Shown in pieces: positions 11,856 to 23,567 of a DNA stretch of 64,000 bases (position 1 is the stretch's first letter; each line of letters starts with the position of its first letter). The translations under genes were made by a program, and so were the position numbers. The notes beneath the pieces were generated by a model. It saw only the letters and a program-made list of their open reading frames with translations, was not told where the DNA came from and did not search any database. Origin of the DNA: Auanema rhodensis (taxonomy: Eukaryota; Animalia; Nematoda); assembly GCA_964057225.1 (NCBI GenBank), contig OZ059897.1, positions 9,424,001 through 9,488,000 on the forward strand, in the 5' to 3' direction.

Positions 11856-14556
11856 ATCACTTTCTACTCTATGACCTTTCTATTGCGCTACTTTATCTTT
11901 TTTCTTTTTTTTCTTCAAGCCAGTCTGCTCGTTAATAGTGACTCGTTGGATGTCCTTTACAGTATAAGTTCAATGATCTAAATACTCTAAAGGAATCGTA
12001 TGTCAGTACGACATAATTGGTTGTTAAATATTGTCTAGATATCAGTGATAATTAAACATTATTTAAAATTTTGGTTGATACCATATTTTTGTACCACATG
12101 ATTACAGAAAGTAACATAGTGGGTTGTTCGCTATATAAACTCTATTGGATTACCCAATGGCTACTTCCTTTAACTTGCCGGCAGTGACTCAGCTGGGATT
12201 GATCACCCCTTATTATGTTTCACAGTATTTTCCTAGGAAGAATATGCGAGAGTACGAGAAAAATGCAGACAAAGTACCAACAAACACATTTTATGGCGAT
12301 CTTATTTTTACTGACTGAGGACAGTGAGAAACAATGATATGAATTACGCATTAGCAGAGCTACCGTCTAAAAACGCTATTTATTCATTTATTCTTTGATT
12401 TTGAGACCTTTTTATATCTTTTATATTTTACGTAACTTTCAATAATCATTGCAAACAGTTTTGATAGACTTCGAGTGCAAAAGTGATTTTAACAATTGTG
12501 AATCAATTGAATAGGTGACTAAAAGGCATCTTAGACCAATGTCTCCTTGCTATATGAGTAATGCTGTCTGTTTCCTCATCTGTAAAGGAGTCAGTATCTT
12601 AGAGATCAACGATTATTTGTGAACATGTGTGGAAGGAGCCTATCAACAAGGAACGTCTGTTGACCTACTTGTTGATGTTTGTTTGGTACCCTTGCACTCT
12701 CGGTAGGTGTTGTTTATATAAAAATGCGAAAGAGTTCCGAGTTTTTACTATTTACGGCTTGTTTTATAGTTTTTAAATTTCTTTATTCATCCATTGTCTG
12801 TAAATCTATTGTTTCCAACCATATGAGTCATATGTAACGACCAACGGGTCAATGAGAAAGGTCAGAGTCCAAATCATGAAATTCATAAAATTTATATATT
12901 TTATCTTATATAAGATCATCACCCACGTTCTATAGGACAAAATACATTAACTATTTTGTTAAAATCCTACGCAGATGAAAATTTCTGTGAAAAATCACAA
13001 AACATCATAATATCCCATCCTACATAGATGAGATAATAATAAGACACGAAAGAGCTACGAATTATCATCCTACGCATGTTAAAGCATAAAATATAAATCT
13101 CAGCAAAGTTTAAATGAGATATTTTTCCAACATTTTGCACCAAAAAGTCGATTTTAGCAAATATGTTGACAAGATACGCGAAAAAAGACAAAAGAGGTTG
13201 CCATCTGTTCATTGACCTGGTGCGGCGCCATTAGCACCACGCAAACATCTCTCACACATTATCTAGGTCATCATCGAATGACATGGAATATCAAAACATT
13301 TTAAAATGTTATGAGAAGTTAACCCACTCGTTTTGTTTCAAATCCATTAAATTATCTCATTTAATAATCTTACATATACTTTTTGCAGATTAGCTCCTCC
13401 CTATTAACATCCCACACGGCCTAGCTGCCAGACAGGTCATTCATTCCGCCGCTACAACCAGCCACAGCACCCGACGCCATCTGCTAACTTATTCACCAGA
13501 CAAGGACAATCGACATCAAGGATCCTCAAGGAGAATCAAGTTAGTTTTCATTTGTTCGCATTAACACTTTAACCGCTTATTGAATTTGAATTGATACTCT
13601 CTGGTATCCTTTATACATTTACATTAAGTTGGTAAGTTATTTTATAAGTTCAATTTGTTTTATTTTAATTTTATTATTTCACATTTTATATTGTTTATAT
13701 TTCATTCACATCTGTTATCTTATACAATTTCCTTTGTTCATTTGTCCAGAAATAAATCTTTTGTCTCAAAGTACTCATCCTTTTCATACACATACTTTCT
13801 GATCAATCAAACAATAATATTTTGAATACCTTTTGGATATCCTTATTATATTTCAACCAATTAATATTAATATTGATATTATATTTTTTGATAAAAAACA
13901 ACAGCATATTTAGTATCAAATTACTCAGAAAACTTTACTGAATTTATCCAAGCTAGTTTGCTCACATTTTTTGATCGATTTTGGGAAATCAATTTTTCTC
14001 TCTATTTCCTAAAGTAATCTCTCAACTTGAATTGTTCTCTCATCTAGTGAATCATCCAATTTTTCTTTTTTTTAACCAGAGAAAGAAACTTATTGAATTA
14101 TCTTTGCCTGAACAATCTCCATTTTTAAAAAATTTAAAAATATACTAATTTAACTAACAAAAAAAAAAAAAAATTATATATATATTCCTGATAAAAAGAT
14201 AAAACATACACTTTTTTATAAAAGATTTCACACACGTAATTTAACGCAACAGTAACAACTACACGAAAAAACTAACAGTATAACTCTCCAAAGAAAAAAC
14301 TGTTAACAAATATTCAACTAAATATTCATTGTACCTTCTAATAGTGAACTATTTGCTTATCTTATTTGCTTATATTACTTGCATATCTTTTCTTATCTTC
14401 GCATTTTTTTTTCCTATTCATATTATATATTGTTATTCCTTCTATCGACAGCTATTATATTCGGACTTTAATTCAGTTGATTTTAATAATCAATCCACAA
14501 ATTAGCTAGATTAAACACAAAATTAACTTGAACAATAATATTTCTCTTCAAACAAA

Positions 14557-17500
14557 ATGATTATGAGTCCCTCTTCTCCATCGGAAAAGGAAACTCGTAA
14601 CCTGACTGCCTTAGCAAGACAGTTAAGTTGTTTAAAAAGAAATATAACTCACGCGTTGAAGTTGTTCAACACGGTGAAGGAGGACATCCTCCCGTACCAT
14701 CAAGCATTCATCTTCCCCCCGGTTGATGACATTGACAGATGTCGAGAGTTCATACATACGCACAAGCCTAGCTTGATGCGTATATATTATAAAGCCATCC
14801 CGGTTGGGGACGTCTTCCGCTCACTACGAGATCAGTTAGACGAACATCGAGTGATGCTCGAGGAACGCACCCATGTGGACTACCCAGCAACTTGGTTGGA
14901 ATTATACCAAGGTAGCTATAAAAGGATGTTGGCCAAACACCCTCAAGCCCATAAGACCATGAAAGCTCATGAAATCGACCAACTTGTCACCAAAGACATT
15001 GGCGAAGAACATCCGCCCACAGTTGCAAAACTGATCAAGGGCATTTTGGACTATTGTGATGAGAGAGATCTCATGGTGAACACAGGCGAAGTTGAGGAAT
15101 ATACTCAACTTATCCAACTTCGCCGAGATGAACTCGATGACTATCAGAGTTCATTTGACTCTACAGTACATGACTCAACAACATTGCAAAATGACATGAA
15201 CAGAATGAAATACTCCAGAAAAAATTTAGAGATGAGTTTCTTTTCTGGAATACAAAAACATTTGAACATCACACCAGATAGAACACGACGACACAGAACA
15301 CAAAGCACAAGTTCTGATGAAATCGGTTCCACACAAAGACAACCTACTCAAAAACGAGTGTACACTACTCGAGCAAACAATAGTGACGTTATGATCGCAT
15401 CTCCTCAGCACGATATTTTAATGCTTGAACCAAACAGTAACTCCACTCTTTTGAACGATGACCTAATGCCGATATCAGAAAATGATCTTGTTCATTCTTT
15501 TAACAATCTGAGTACTGGTTCTCATAGCTTGGAAAGAGCTAGAGCTGATGCTGACAATGTTGGAACCCCACTTGGAGCAGCTAATAAGCGGAAAGCTCTC
15601 TCACCATTGAGACACGCGCACTACGATTCTCGACCAATTACAGTCGAACAACATACAAACAATGTTCCCGATCATTGGTCAACTATGCAACAGAACATAG
15701 CACGACAATCTTCGATCCCACCTACTGTACAAACATCAATACTCACGCCTCGTCTTCCAACAGTTAAAGTACCACATTTCAACGGTAATCCAGAAGACTT
15801 TCTTGGATTTTGGGAGTTGTTCACAGCAGTTATTGATGTTCAACCCTTGTCAGAGATTGAAAAGTTTTCCATTTTGCTCGACAGACTTTCTGGTCCAGCT
15901 GAAGAATGTTTACTGTGCTTGCCACGCATTGGTGAGAGTTACAGTAAGGCAAAGACCATCCTCATGGAAGAGTACATGAACCCCTCTATGTTAGACTCTA
16001 AACTATACGATTCACTGAGAGCCTTACCGGCAGCACTAGACAATAGTGCTTCGATACTACATACGATCCGCAAAGCTGATCAAATCATATCGATGAGGAT
16101 ACGATACAGTCCTAATGTAGATCACACAGGGCTTCGCGTCATACTCTTCTCAAAATTACCTCGACACATCTATAACAGCATATACAAATCGAAACAACAT
16201 ACTACAATTACGTCAATCATTGAATACATCACGGAAGCCGCAAAAGCATTGCAGCTTGAAGAAGCCGATAAAAATGCAATGAGTCAGAGAAATAGCAATA
16301 CTGTTCATATTGCAGCAGGACAACTACACACTAGTCGGCGAGAACAGTTCAATAACCAGAAATGCAATCTCTGTCTTGGCAATCATTCTCCCACCAAATG
16401 TTATTCTATTCAATCGGTAGAAGAAAGGAAGAAGATAGCTGTATCCAAACAGCTATGCTTCAAATGTTTTTCGAAGACACACTCAGCCATTGGATGTCAC
16501 GCACCGAATTGTCACCGCTGTGACAAAACACATCATGAGTCTCTGTGTCAACGCGATTCTCAATCCCGGAGTAATAGTAGGACTAGAACTCACTCGAAGG
16601 ATAGGATGAATCGGCATCCACCACAAACGCACAGAGGTTTTGAGGCTAATACAAGAAGATCACCTCATCGGAACAACGAAAACAACAGAAAAGACCGCAG
16701 TGCGTCTATGAGACACTCATCGAGAAGCAAATCACCCTCATATTCACGGAGCAGATCACCTTACCCACAACGAAGACAATACAGAGCTCACTCCCCACGC
16801 CAACATATCTCGACTGCTACTGCACTCACTTACCCTTACGACCACATTTCAAATACATCAGGACCAGTCAATGACAAGGCCTTTGAATTCAGAAGAAACC
16901 ACGTCGGAGTAGTCAGTGTGACAGTATTTGATTGCCACGATAATCCACATCATGTATACGCCTTGTTGGATTCGGGTTCACAAGTAGCTATCGTACGTAG
17001 AGAGTTGATCAACCGCTTGGGATTACCATTCGATGAAGATGTACGCATGAGAATGGAAACCGCGGGGGAACAATTTCTTCTTAAAGACACGCAAGCTATT
17101 ATGATCGATCTCTACAATAACGATGGAGAGTGCATATCTGCCCCATGTGTTATAATGGATAAGGTTCTTTCAGCCATACAACCGTTAAGACTGACAAATG
17201 CCGATCAGCGTTTTATACGCCAGAACATTGGCTACTTATCTCGCAAATTGAATGATCCTATAGAGATTGATATCATCTTGGGCATTGCTGAGGTCCATGC
17301 GAGTACCATCTATGATGAACCAATTATGCAATTGCCCGATTGCAATCTAGTCGCTCACCCCACTTTCTTTGGATATACACTATCGGGAAGGTATGACTTA
17401 GATGACAACAACCCCACATACGCGGATAATGTAATCACATGCACAACAAAAATACATGACGATGTTGATCTCACAAAAATGTGGTCCATGGAATCTATTG

Positions 17501-20500
17501 GGATTCGAGACAACATATCAATCGAAGAAGAACAACAAGGGGTACTGAGCCAGTTCAATGAACAAGTAAGAAAGACATGGGAAGGCGTACACGTATCCTT
17601 TCCGTGGAAGGAAAACAAACACGCACTGGCCGATAACTACAGTATCGCATTAGCTAGACTGCGACAACAATTCAATCACGCAAAGAGCAATCCCGAGATG
17701 TGGGCAAAATACAATGAAATTTTTCAACAACAATTGGAGAGTAATATCATTGAAGACGCTCCAATTCACCCTGATAGCTCCCCAACTTATTATATACCGC
17801 ATCAAGCGGTAGTTAAGTTGTCGAGTAACACTACCAAAGTACGTATAGTACTTGATGCATCCTCTCATCGACGAGGAGAACTATCATTGAATGATGTTAT
17901 ACATCAGGGTCCAACAATCTTACCAAATCTAACAGGTCTATTGTTACGATGCAGGTTTGGAAAATACATGATCATCAGTGACGTTGAGAAGGCCTTTCAC
18001 ATGGTACATCTTAATAACACCGAAAAAGACGCCACTCGATTCCTTTGGCTTCACGATCTTTCGTTACCACCTGAACAGGATAATATACGGGTGTTCCGAT
18101 TTAACAGAGTACCATTCGGAGTCAATGCTTCTCCATTCCTCCTCGCTGGCGCAATCCAATTTGGGCTGAAATCCCATTCAGACACACAACTTACGAGTTG
18201 TATCATAGATAATCTTTATGTAGACAATCTCATTCTCACATTTGATGAGACCTCACAGGGAGTAATGTTATACACACAGTGTAAGTCTGCGTTCAACGAT
18301 ATGAAGATGAACTTGAGAGAATTTTGTACTAATGACAAGAACACTATGAAAAGCATTCCAAAACATGACAAAGCAGAGAAGGTACTGCAAAAAGTTTTGG
18401 GAATTTATTGGGACTCACACCTAGACACATTCAGTCTTGCACTTCAAATGGATTATACAGGTGACAGTATAACCAAGCGACTGGTACTCAGTACAGCGCA
18501 CAAAACATTTGATCCAGTAGGATGGTTGAGTCCTTTAATCTTATTATCACGACACTTCTTACAAAAACTGTGGACACTTGGTTACGCATGGGATGAACCA
18601 ATCTCTCCCGACCTTCAACGTGAATGGAAACAGATATGCAGTTCGGTTCATGGATACCGATACCACGTACCTCGAAACATTCGCAATGACCACGTGAACG
18701 AACTCTGCATTTTTGTAGATGCTAGTACTATCGGATACGGTGCGGTAGGATATCTACGTACACTAGACCAAAAATCTCATGTTACCGGAGTACACTTCCT
18801 CATGGCGAAACAGCGATTAGCGCCACAGAACAAAAGCAAATCGCAGAAAACAGATAAAAATAAAAAGCAACCGCTCACTATTCCTAGACTTGAACTACTT
18901 TCATTTTTTATCGGATGTCACATCATTGAGTTTCTGTTACAAGAAAGTAAATTGAACATATCGATCGTACGAATCTTCTCAGATTCGGAAATATCACTTG
19001 CGTGGGTATGCAAACCAAATCCTGATGCAGGAATATTCGTCGATAACCGAGTTAGATCGTGTCGCGTTATCATTGATAAAGTCAAAGACAGTTATAATTT
19101 CTTTATTTACCACGTCGATACAGACCACAACCCAGCTGATCACGCAACGCGTGGACTTACAAGGGAAAACATTGACAAATCCACATGGTTCACAGGACCG
19201 AAATTCTTACAAACGCACGACAAAGAATGGGAGATGACCAGACCCTATACTTATGTAGAGGACGACTCACAAGTACTGATCGCTAGTACCTCCATCACTA
19301 CATTTGTCGACGATCCATCAATTTTCCGATATCAAAGCTCGCGATTAACATGTCTTATACGAACAACCGCATACGTACTTCGGTTTATACAACTCTTACA
19401 ACAACGACGTCTACATCGCATCAACAACGACAACGAGATTGCTCTAAACCCTTCAACAATATCAGCTGACGAATATAAGGAGGCAGAGAGAGTTACTTAT
19501 ATTGATGTACAGAGTACAGTAGATATAGAAGACAAGAGATGGAAACACCTTGGCCTCTATCACGATGAAATGGGTGTTATTCGATGCAAAGGTAGACTGG
19601 AACACATGAAAGCTGAGGAGGATTGTATACATCCTATTTTCATACCGGATAATCACCCATTTGCTTCTATCATGATAAGAGACATGCACACCAAACTTTT
19701 CCACGCCGGTGGTAATCATTTACGTTCCGAAATACGACGACGATTTTGGTTACCAAGACTTCCCCGCAAGGTACAGAACATTTTGAAACAATGCGCGGTT
19801 TGTAAAAAACTTCATGGACGACCATTCAAATACCCCAACATGTCCTCACTTCCTCCTGAGAGAGTACAACGCAGTAACCCCTTTCAAAATTGCGGCATTG
19901 ATCTTGCTGGTCCCTTCAACATACACGATGACACACGTCACATCACAGAGAAAAGATGGATTATGCTTGTCACCTGTATGGCCACACGCGCTATCCATCT
20001 TGAAGTGGTACAAGACCTATCCGCATCCGAAACCTTGTTAGCACTTCGCAGATTCATCTCTCGAAGAGGTTCTCCTGATCTCATCTGGAGCGATAACGGG
20101 TCTAATTTTACCCTCTGTCAGAAAATCTTTGCTCTCATACAAGATCCAAACGTCGACACGTATCTGACGCATCACAAGGTAACTTGGAAGTTCATCACTC
20201 CGTTGGCACCTTGGAAAGGTGGTTTTTACGAGAGGATGGTCGGTATCATGAAATCGGCTCTTAGAACTAGTCTAACAACATCATGTAAAGCCCACATGTT
20301 TTCAACGATTGTGACAGAGATTGAACAAATTGTAAATACTCGACCATTAACATACACCTTTAATACCACAACCGATCTATCTCCCATTCGACCGATCGAC
20401 TTTCTACAAACGAACACATCAGTTACAATCCCCGACATAGAACTCAGTGAACTGCCCACTCATTTACGATCCAGGCGAGACTGCATAGATCGGTTAAACA

Positions 20501-23430
20501 ACATTCAGAAAACACTTGACAAATTTTGGCAACGATGGCATAATGAATATGTCGTCGCCCTTCGAGCAACACACATGTTGGATCACAAGCAAGGACATTT
20601 CTCCACAGCTACACCAAAAGTAGGCACAGTAGTGCTAATGTCAGATGACAATACGAAACGAAACCAGTGGAAAATGGGTTTAATAACAAGCATACAGAAC
20701 ACGGAATCTGTGAGAGTTGCAGAAGTCCGTACATCTGATGGACACAAACTATTTAGACCCATCAATCGCCTGATTCCCCTTGAAATTCCTTCCGACAACG
20801 AGCATCATACGGAAAACAGGCATACGCAGTCCCCACACAAATCAGACAAAACTGTCACGTTTAAAGAACCTCCAGAGGTCATTTTACTCGATAACGAAGT
20901 ATCCACCGTTGTGGAAACCAGCACATCGACCGGACCCAATACAACTGAAAACGTGATAGACCCAAACGTTATCACTATCAACGATGATGATGACATCGAA
21001 GTGATCACCATTGCAGATGATGAAGGTGAAAATGAACCACAACCTCGAAAACGACGACGTCTCCCCAGTTACACACATTTTTTCATAGCCATGATACTGG
21101 GTATTCTCGTCAATCCAATGTCCGCAACCAACATCTGCCAGTTCTCTTGCATCAAAGGAGGAGTAGGCATATCAAACTGCGGTACTGGACATCCCATCCG
21201 AGTTTGTGCCCGGGAAACATGTGTAGAGTACACCCCAAATACTCCCAACTTCACCATAGTATTTCCGGCTCATGTTGTATTGCATGACCACACATTCATC
21301 TCACGACATATTATCGATAAAAATGACACATTTGCATTGCATCAACTTGATTGTCCAGCAACTCCGTTTTGCGATATGATTCAATGTCTGTTCTGTCTTG
21401 AACTACTCCACAACCCATCTTGTTTCCCATACGCAGCACTCTCGGCGACCGCACTCATCATATGGCTCATTCTATTTAGCATTCTTTTAAGCATCATAGT
21501 CATTCGAATTTGTTCTAAAAAATTTGTTCATATTGCACAATACACCCTTTTTTCCGTTTGGCGTATGATCACTCAATGTCTCCCCTCTCATATAAGATCT
21601 CATATCTCTATTCAGGAAGAACGATCGGTACTCGAGTACGTCCCGCTCAGTTCTCACAAGCTACCTCGATGGCAGAAGTCTACACCCTCACAACGATCAC
21701 GACAACGTGACCGATTAGTTCACCGAGTCGGGTATCTTTTTGTTGCAATAATCGTCATTTTTTTGATTGAATCTCTTGTAGTTAATGCATGTACTATTGT
21801 TCCTCCGAATATATCACATGTTCCAGGCAACTCCGTCTCGAACTTATCACCTACCCACCAAGTCAACCAAGTCAGCAGCTCCACCACCCTCCATACTTAC
21901 GATAATGAGGTATGTTTTACAACTTCACATTCAAACCGATCATACGCCAATCCCCTCACGAACTCACACCTGCGCATCAAACTTATGTATACACGTATAC
22001 TGTGCACGAAAGTATCCTTATTTTTTACACGTCACACCATCGTAAAAACTGAATCCGCAAAACGGTGTCCCCATATGGGCTCTTGTGTAGGATCGTTTTG
22101 TGCGAACGTTCGACCCAATACATCAATCTCAGAACTCTCATTAGCCAACCAATATCCAGGTACCAGCTATTGTTCAGAAAGCTGTGGATTTCTATCATGC
22201 GGTTGTGCGTTGCCAACTTCTGGTTGTCTCTTCTATCGCAACTTTCATGTTCCCAATGACAATATCACCCACGAAGTTTTCTACTGCTCACGATGGACAC
22301 CTAGGGTTTTTCTCCAGATTAGCATCCATACAGCTATTGCGAACAAAACTGAAACGATCTCGCACGTCCCCTTTTTACCACACTCTACAAAAGTCATTAA
22401 CGGGTACCATATTACTCTTGGGAGAATAACATATTCTGATAATGAAATCCTCCATAGAAGATACATTACTTCCAACTCGAGAATTGCAGTTTTACCTCAC
22501 TCTGCTACATTTTCATACTCGTGCGGAAAAGTTAAAACCGCTGACCCATTCTCCGAATGTACTGCAACAGACACATGTTCATGCAGACCAGCCGAAACAG
22601 TCGAAAATTGCTATTGTCAGGACAACAATCCTAACAAGCTCTATACTAATAACTACACCCTACCATTATCTCTTCCATCTCTGACCATGATCCCAAAAAA
22701 CAATCTCATTTTTGCTCATCCCATAAGCGCTGTTGACATTAAAATGTGGACAAATATCTCAGATGTCACTTATGAATACGACAATAGTCCTACTATTTGC
22801 GAGCTAAAATCCAAAGACCTAGTTGGATGTTTTGACTGTGTTACTGGAGCAACAACAATCATTACTTGCATCAGTACATCATTCCACATTCGAATTTCGT
22901 GCGACGATGAAGAATTTCTGCTTACATGCAATTCTCAGGGTTACAACAACTCTATTCGCATACAGAGCAATTTTTCAACACCGTCTATAACGTGTACTCA
23001 TCCGTGCACTTCCGCCACATTACATCTCAAAGGCAACTTGTACTACGTGAACGAATACATAGGTTTTGAACAGTCCACTCATCAGATTACAAACAGTTCA
23101 TTCAGTCTCCTGAACGTCGAGTTTACCATACCGAGCTTTTTTGTACCCACTCACTTAATCAACTCACTTGTTTCGTTTTACTCGGACTACCTTAAAACGA
23201 TTGTAATACTATTGAGTGTTTTGATCACAGTACTCGGCTTTGTAACCGCCGTAATTGACCGCGTCTTCCAGTTGTCAAGTACACCCGCTCTCTTAGCATA
23301 TTTACCCATACAAATACTTATTATCTTCGCAATTCCTTTTCGCATCATTTTTTTCACAATTCATTTGTTGTTCAAGATTGTAGTTCGAGCCAGTCATAGC
23401 GCAGTGGCTAAAGGTACACACTCTCAGTGA
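14557..23430 (+). CDS. BEL/Pao Gag-PR-RT-RNaseH-IN-Env polyprotein (2957 aa)
   Basis: Gag RLPTVKVPHFNG..F..FW (~15751); three Cys/His knuckles (16363-16550); protease LLDSGS (~16963); RT SDVEKAF and YVDN (~17977, 18217); RNase H FVDAS and TIPRLEL; IN HHCC, GIDLAGP, SDNGSNF, GGFYERMV; FWQRWHNEY motif; then Env. Confidence 0.97.
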   Translation: MIMSPSSPSEKETRNLTALARQLSCLKRNITHALKLFNTVKEDILPYHQAFIFPPVDDIDRCREFIHTHKPSLMRIYYKAIPVGDVFRSLRDQLDEHRVMLEERTHVDYPATWLELYQGSYKRMLAKHPQAHKTMKAHEIDQLVTKDIGEEHPPTVAKLIKGILDYCDERDLMVNTGEVEEYTQLIQLRRDELDDYQSSFDSTVHDSTTLQNDMNRMKYSRKNLEMSFFSGIQKHLNITPDRTRRHRTQSTSSDEIGSTQRQPTQKRVYTTRANNSDVMIASPQHDILMLEPNSNSTLLNDDLMPISENDLVHSFNNLSTGSHSLERARADADNVGTPLGAANKRKALSPLRHAHYDSRPITVEQHTNNVPDHWSTMQQNIARQSSIPPTVQTSILTPRLPTVKVPHFNGNPEDFLGFWELFTAVIDVQPLSEIEKFSILLDRLSGPAEECLLCLPRIGESYSKAKTILMEEYMNPSMLDSKLYDSLRALPAALDNSASILHTIRKADQIISMRIRYSPNVDHTGLRVILFSKLPRHIYNSIYKSKQHTTITSIIEYITEAAKALQLEEADKNAMSQRNSNTVHIAAGQLHTSRREQFNNQKCNLCLGNHSPTKCYSIQSVEERKKIAVSKQLCFKCFSKTHSAIGCHAPNCHRCDKTHHESLCQRDSQSRSNSRTRTHSKDRMNRHPPQTHRGFEANTRRSPHRNNENNRKDRSASMRHSSRSKSPSYSRSRSPYPQRRQYRAHSPRQHISTATALTYPYDHISNTSGPVNDKAFEFRRNHVGVVSVTVFDCHDNPHHVYALLDSGSQVAIVRRELINRLGLPFDEDVRMRMETAGEQFLLKDTQAIMIDLYNNDGECISAPCVIMDKVLSAIQPLRLTNADQRFIRQNIGYLSRKLNDPIEIDIILGIAEVHASTIYDEPIMQLPDCNLVAHPTFFGYTLSGRYDLDDNNPTYADNVITCTTKIHDDVDLTKMWSMESIGIRDNISIEEEQQGVLSQFNEQVRKTWEGVHVSFPWKENKHALADNYSIALARLRQQFNHAKSNPEMWAKYNEIFQQQLESNIIEDAPIHPDSSPTYYIPHQAVVKLSSNTTKVRIVLDASSHRRGELSLNDVIHQGPTILPNLTGLLLRCRFGKYMIISDVEKAFHMVHLNNTEKDATRFLWLHDLSLPPEQDNIRVFRFNRVPFGVNASPFLLAGAIQFGLKSHSDTQLTSCIIDNLYVDNLILTFDETSQGVMLYTQCKSAFNDMKMNLREFCTNDKNTMKSIPKHDKAEKVLQKVLGIYWDSHLDTFSLALQMDYTGDSITKRLVLSTAHKTFDPVGWLSPLILLSRHFLQKLWTLGYAWDEPISPDLQREWKQICSSVHGYRYHVPRNIRNDHVNELCIFVDASTIGYGAVGYLRTLDQKSHVTGVHFLMAKQRLAPQNKSKSQKTDKNKKQPLTIPRLELLSFFIGCHIIEFLLQESKLNISIVRIFSDSEISLAWVCKPNPDAGIFVDNRVRSCRVIIDKVKDSYNFFIYHVDTDHNPADHATRGLTRENIDKSTWFTGPKFLQTHDKEWEMTRPYTYVEDDSQVLIASTSITTFVDDPSIFRYQSSRLTCLIRTTAYVLRFIQLLQQRRLHRINNDNEIALNPSTISADEYKEAERVTYIDVQSTVDIEDKRWKHLGLYHDEMGVIRCKGRLEHMKAEEDCIHPIFIPDNHPFASIMIRDMHTKLFHAGGNHLRSEIRRRFWLPRLPRKVQNILKQCAVCKKLHGRPFKYPNMSSLPPERVQRSNPFQNCGIDLAGPFNIHDDTRHITEKRWIMLVTCMATRAIHLEVVQDLSASETLLALRRFISRRGSPDLIWSDNGSNFTLCQKIFALIQDPNVDTYLTHHKVTWKFITPLAPWKGGFYERMVGIMKSALRTSLTTSCKAHMFSTIVTEIEQIVNTRPLTYTFNTTTDLSPIRPIDFLQTNTSVTIPDIELSELPTHLRSRRDCIDRLNNIQKTLDKFWQRWHNEYVVALRATHMLDHKQGHFSTATPKVGTVVLMSDDNTKRNQWKMGLITSIQNTESVRVAEVRTSDGHKLFRPINRLIPLEIPSDNEHHTENRHTQSPHKSDKTVTFKEPPEVILLDNEVSTVVETSTSTGPNTTENVIDPNVITINDDDDIEVITIADDEGENEPQPRKRRRLPSYTHFFIAMILGILVNPMSATNICQFSCIKGGVGISNCGTGHPIRVCARETCVEYTPNTPNFTIVFPAHVVLHDHTFISRHIIDKNDTFALHQLDCPATPFCDMIQCLFCLELLHNPSCFPYAALSATALIIWLILFSILLSIIVIRICSKKFVHIAQYTLFSVWRMITQCLPSHIRSHISIQEERSVLEYVPLSSHKLPRWQKSTPSQRSRQRDRLVHRVGYLFVAIIVIFLIESLVVNACTIVPPNISHVPGNSVSNLSPTHQVNQVSSSTTLHTYDNEVCFTTSHSNRSYANPLTNSHLRIKLMYTRILCTKVSLFFTRHTIVKTESAKRCPHMGSCVGSFCANVRPNTSISELSLANQYPGTSYCSESCGFLSCGCALPTSGCLFYRNFHVPNDNITHEVFYCSRWTPRVFLQISIHTAIANKTETISHVPFLPHSTKVINGYHITLGRITYSDNEILHRRYITSNSRIAVLPHSATFSYSCGKVKTADPFSECTATDTCSCRPAETVENCYCQDNNPNKLYTNNYTLPLSLPSLTMIPKNNLIFAHPISAVDIKMWTNISDVTYEYDNSPTICELKSKDLVGCFDCVTGATTIITCISTSFHIRISCDDEEFLLTCNSQGYNNSIRIQSNFSTPSITCTHPCTSATLHLKGNLYYVNEYIGFEQSTHQITNSSFSLLNVEFTIPSFFVPTHLINSLVSFYSDYLKTIVILLSVLITVLGFVTAVIDRVFQLSSTPALLAYLPIQILIIFAIPFRIIFFTIHLLFKIVVRASHSAVAKGTHSQ
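21076..23430 (+). other. Env region of the polyprotein: phlebovirus-like Gn + Gc (class II fusion protein)
   Basis: Signal peptide HFFIAMILGILVNPMSA, Cys-rich Gn, TM, second signal ending VVNA|C (Gc starts ~21790), KRCPHMGSC and CSESCGFLSCGC...GCLFYR fusion-loop-like motifs, GCFDC motif, C-terminal hydrophobic segments. Confidence 0.9.
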
Positions 23431-23472
23431 TTGATGACGGGTTCAATACCCAGTGAGTCCTCGATTTATTTT
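23390..23472 (+). ncRNA. Putative tRNA-like Pol III unit embedded at the env 3' end
   Basis: A box TAGCGCAGTGG (23397-23407) and B box GGTTCAATACC (23440-23450) at tRNA spacing; CT-CTC-AG loop at the anticodon position; TTTT at 23469-23472; stems degenerate. Confidence 0.5.
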
Positions 23473-23567
23473 CTCGATTTCTTAGTTCCCTATCATAGCA
23501 AACGATTGTTCAATTTGATTTACACCAATCCTACACAATTTATCATTTCGCCGGGGGGAGGTATACT

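Noticed and set aside
12967-13212. 81-aa minus-strand ORF in the BEL leader
   Set aside because: Composition typical of random AT-rich sequence; no domain.
14902-22684. Short alternative-frame and antisense ORFs inside the BEL polyprotein
   Set aside because: Shadow ORFs of a long coding region, mostly 60-90 aa, without motifs.
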